Source of the DNA: Kineococcus sp. NBC_00420
Lineage (GTDB): Bacteria > Actinomycetota > Actinomycetes > Actinomycetales > Kineococcaceae
NCBI RefSeq assembly: GCF_036021035.1
Contig: NZ_CP107930.1
Coordinates: 4,526,006 to 4,550,005 of the forward strand
Length of the DNA stretch: 24,000 nt
Direction: 5' to 3'
The notes under the pieces were generated by a model. That model was not told the DNA's origin and ran no database searches. It worked only from the letters and a program-made list of their open reading frames with translations. Made by a program: the position numbers and the translations under genes. Each line of letters begins with the position of its first letter. Position 1 is the stretch's first letter. This document shows, piece by piece, positions 23,192-24,000 of the stretch.

Positions 23192-24000
23192 GTGCGGGAC
23201 GCACGGACGCACCGGGAGGACGAGATGACGCAGGCCGACACGCAGGCACGGGACGAGGCGGACGAGAACCGCTACGACGCGTTCGCGCTGCAGGAGAAGT
23301 GGTTGCCGGTCTGGGACGAGCGCAAGCCGTTCACGAGCGGTGAGGCGGGCGACGAACGCCCGAAGAAGTACGTGCTGGACATGTTCCCGTACCCCTCCGG
23401 CGACCTGCACATGGGTCACGCCGAGGCGTACGCGCTCGGGGACGTCATCGCGCGGTACTGGCTGCAGCGCGGTTTCGACGTGATGCACCCGATCGGCTGG
23501 GACGCCTTCGGTCTGCCCGCCGAGAACGCCGCCATCAAGCGCGGCCTCGACCCGCGGCAGTGGACGTACGACAACATCGCCCAGCAGCGTGCGTCGATGC
23601 GCCGCTACGCGTGCTCCTTCGACTGGGACCGGGTCCTGCACACGTCCGACCCCGAGTACTACAAGTGGAACCAGTGGCTGTTCCTCAAGCTGTACGAGAA
23701 GGGACTGGCCTACCGCAAGGACTCCCTGGTCAACTGGGACCCGGTGGACCAGACCGTGCTGGCCAACGAGCAGGTGCTGCCCGACGGCACCTCGGAACGT
23801 TCCGGCGCCAAGGTCGTCAAGAAGAAGCTGACCCAGTGGTACTTCCGGATCACCGACTACGCCGACCGGCTGCTGGACGACCTGGACGCCCTGGAGGGCC
23901 AGTGGCCCGCCAAGGTCATCTCGATGCAGCGCAACTGGATCGGGCGCTCCACCGGCGCCGAGGTCGAGTTCGTCATCGAGGGCCGCGCGGAGCCGATCAG
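23192..24000 (+). CDS. leuS: Leucine--tRNA ligase, N-terminal ~269 aa (3' end outside the window; absent from the supplied ORF track)
   Basis: I translated this by hand: ...[59 protein letters not shown]...[18 protein letters not shown]. It carries the HMGH class I signature. The frame is open to the window end. The start is GTG 23192, with AGGAGG 5 nt upstream, or in-frame ATG 23225. Confidence 0.9.
   Translation, partial: MRDARTHREDEMTQADTQARDEADENRYDAFALQEKWLPVWDERKPFTSGEAGDERPKKYVLDMFPYPSGDLHMGHAEAYALGDVIARYWLQRGFDVMHPIGWDAFGLPAENAAIKRGLDPRQWTYDNIAQQRASMRRYACSFDWDRVLHTSDPEYYKWNQWLFLKLYEKGLAYRKDSLVNWDPVDQTVLANEQVLPDGTSERSGAKVVKKKLTQWYFRITDYADRLLDDLDALEGQWPAKVISMQRNWIGRSTGAEVEFVIEGRAEPI

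Overview
This window is about 73-75% GC and looks like an Actinomycetota chromosome. Most of it is conserved housekeeping sequence. I read three blocks.

(1) 1-6.9 kb: the 3' end of a GH27-like alpha-galactosidase gene on the plus strand, converging on a five-gene minus-strand operon. The operon encodes a Tat-lipoprotein sugar-type solute-binding protein, two ABC permeases, an NtaA/DszA-type flavin monooxygenase and an SfnB/DszC-type acyl-CoA-dehydrogenase-like oxidoreductase. Three of its junctions look translationally coupled. It has no ATPase, flavin reductase or regulator gene.

(2) 6.9-19.2 kb: a roughly 700-bp non-coding divergent region, then the classic actinobacterial core string rne - rplU - rpmA - obg - proB - (133-aa orphan) - proA. 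A convergent GT2 glycosyltransferase overlaps the proA 3' end. After it come an untracked 52-aa membrane sORF, nadD, rsfS, a histidine phosphatase (GpgP-like by synteny) and tRNA-Ala(GGC).

(3) 19.2-23.1 kb: a more accessory-looking set of four genes between tRNA-Ala and leuS. These are a secreted class A beta-lactamase homologue with every catalytic residue replaced, a luciferase-like monooxygenase, an AroE-family dehydrogenase paralogue, and a membrane GGDEF-like protein with a degenerate active site but an intact RxxD I-site. The 5' part of leuS then runs off the window and is not in the supplied ORF track.

I found no CRISPR array, transposase, integrase, toxin-antitoxin or recognisable defence system. 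Most long ORFs in the track are high-GC antisense or out-of-frame shadows.

The items most worth follow-up:
- the sugar-ABC plus DszA/DszC-like operon
- the two pseudoenzymes
- two small unannotated ORFs
- a near-consensus leaderless promoter for proA with an overlapping palindrome
- the long rne leader

All family assignments come from motif recognition by eye. No database search was run.
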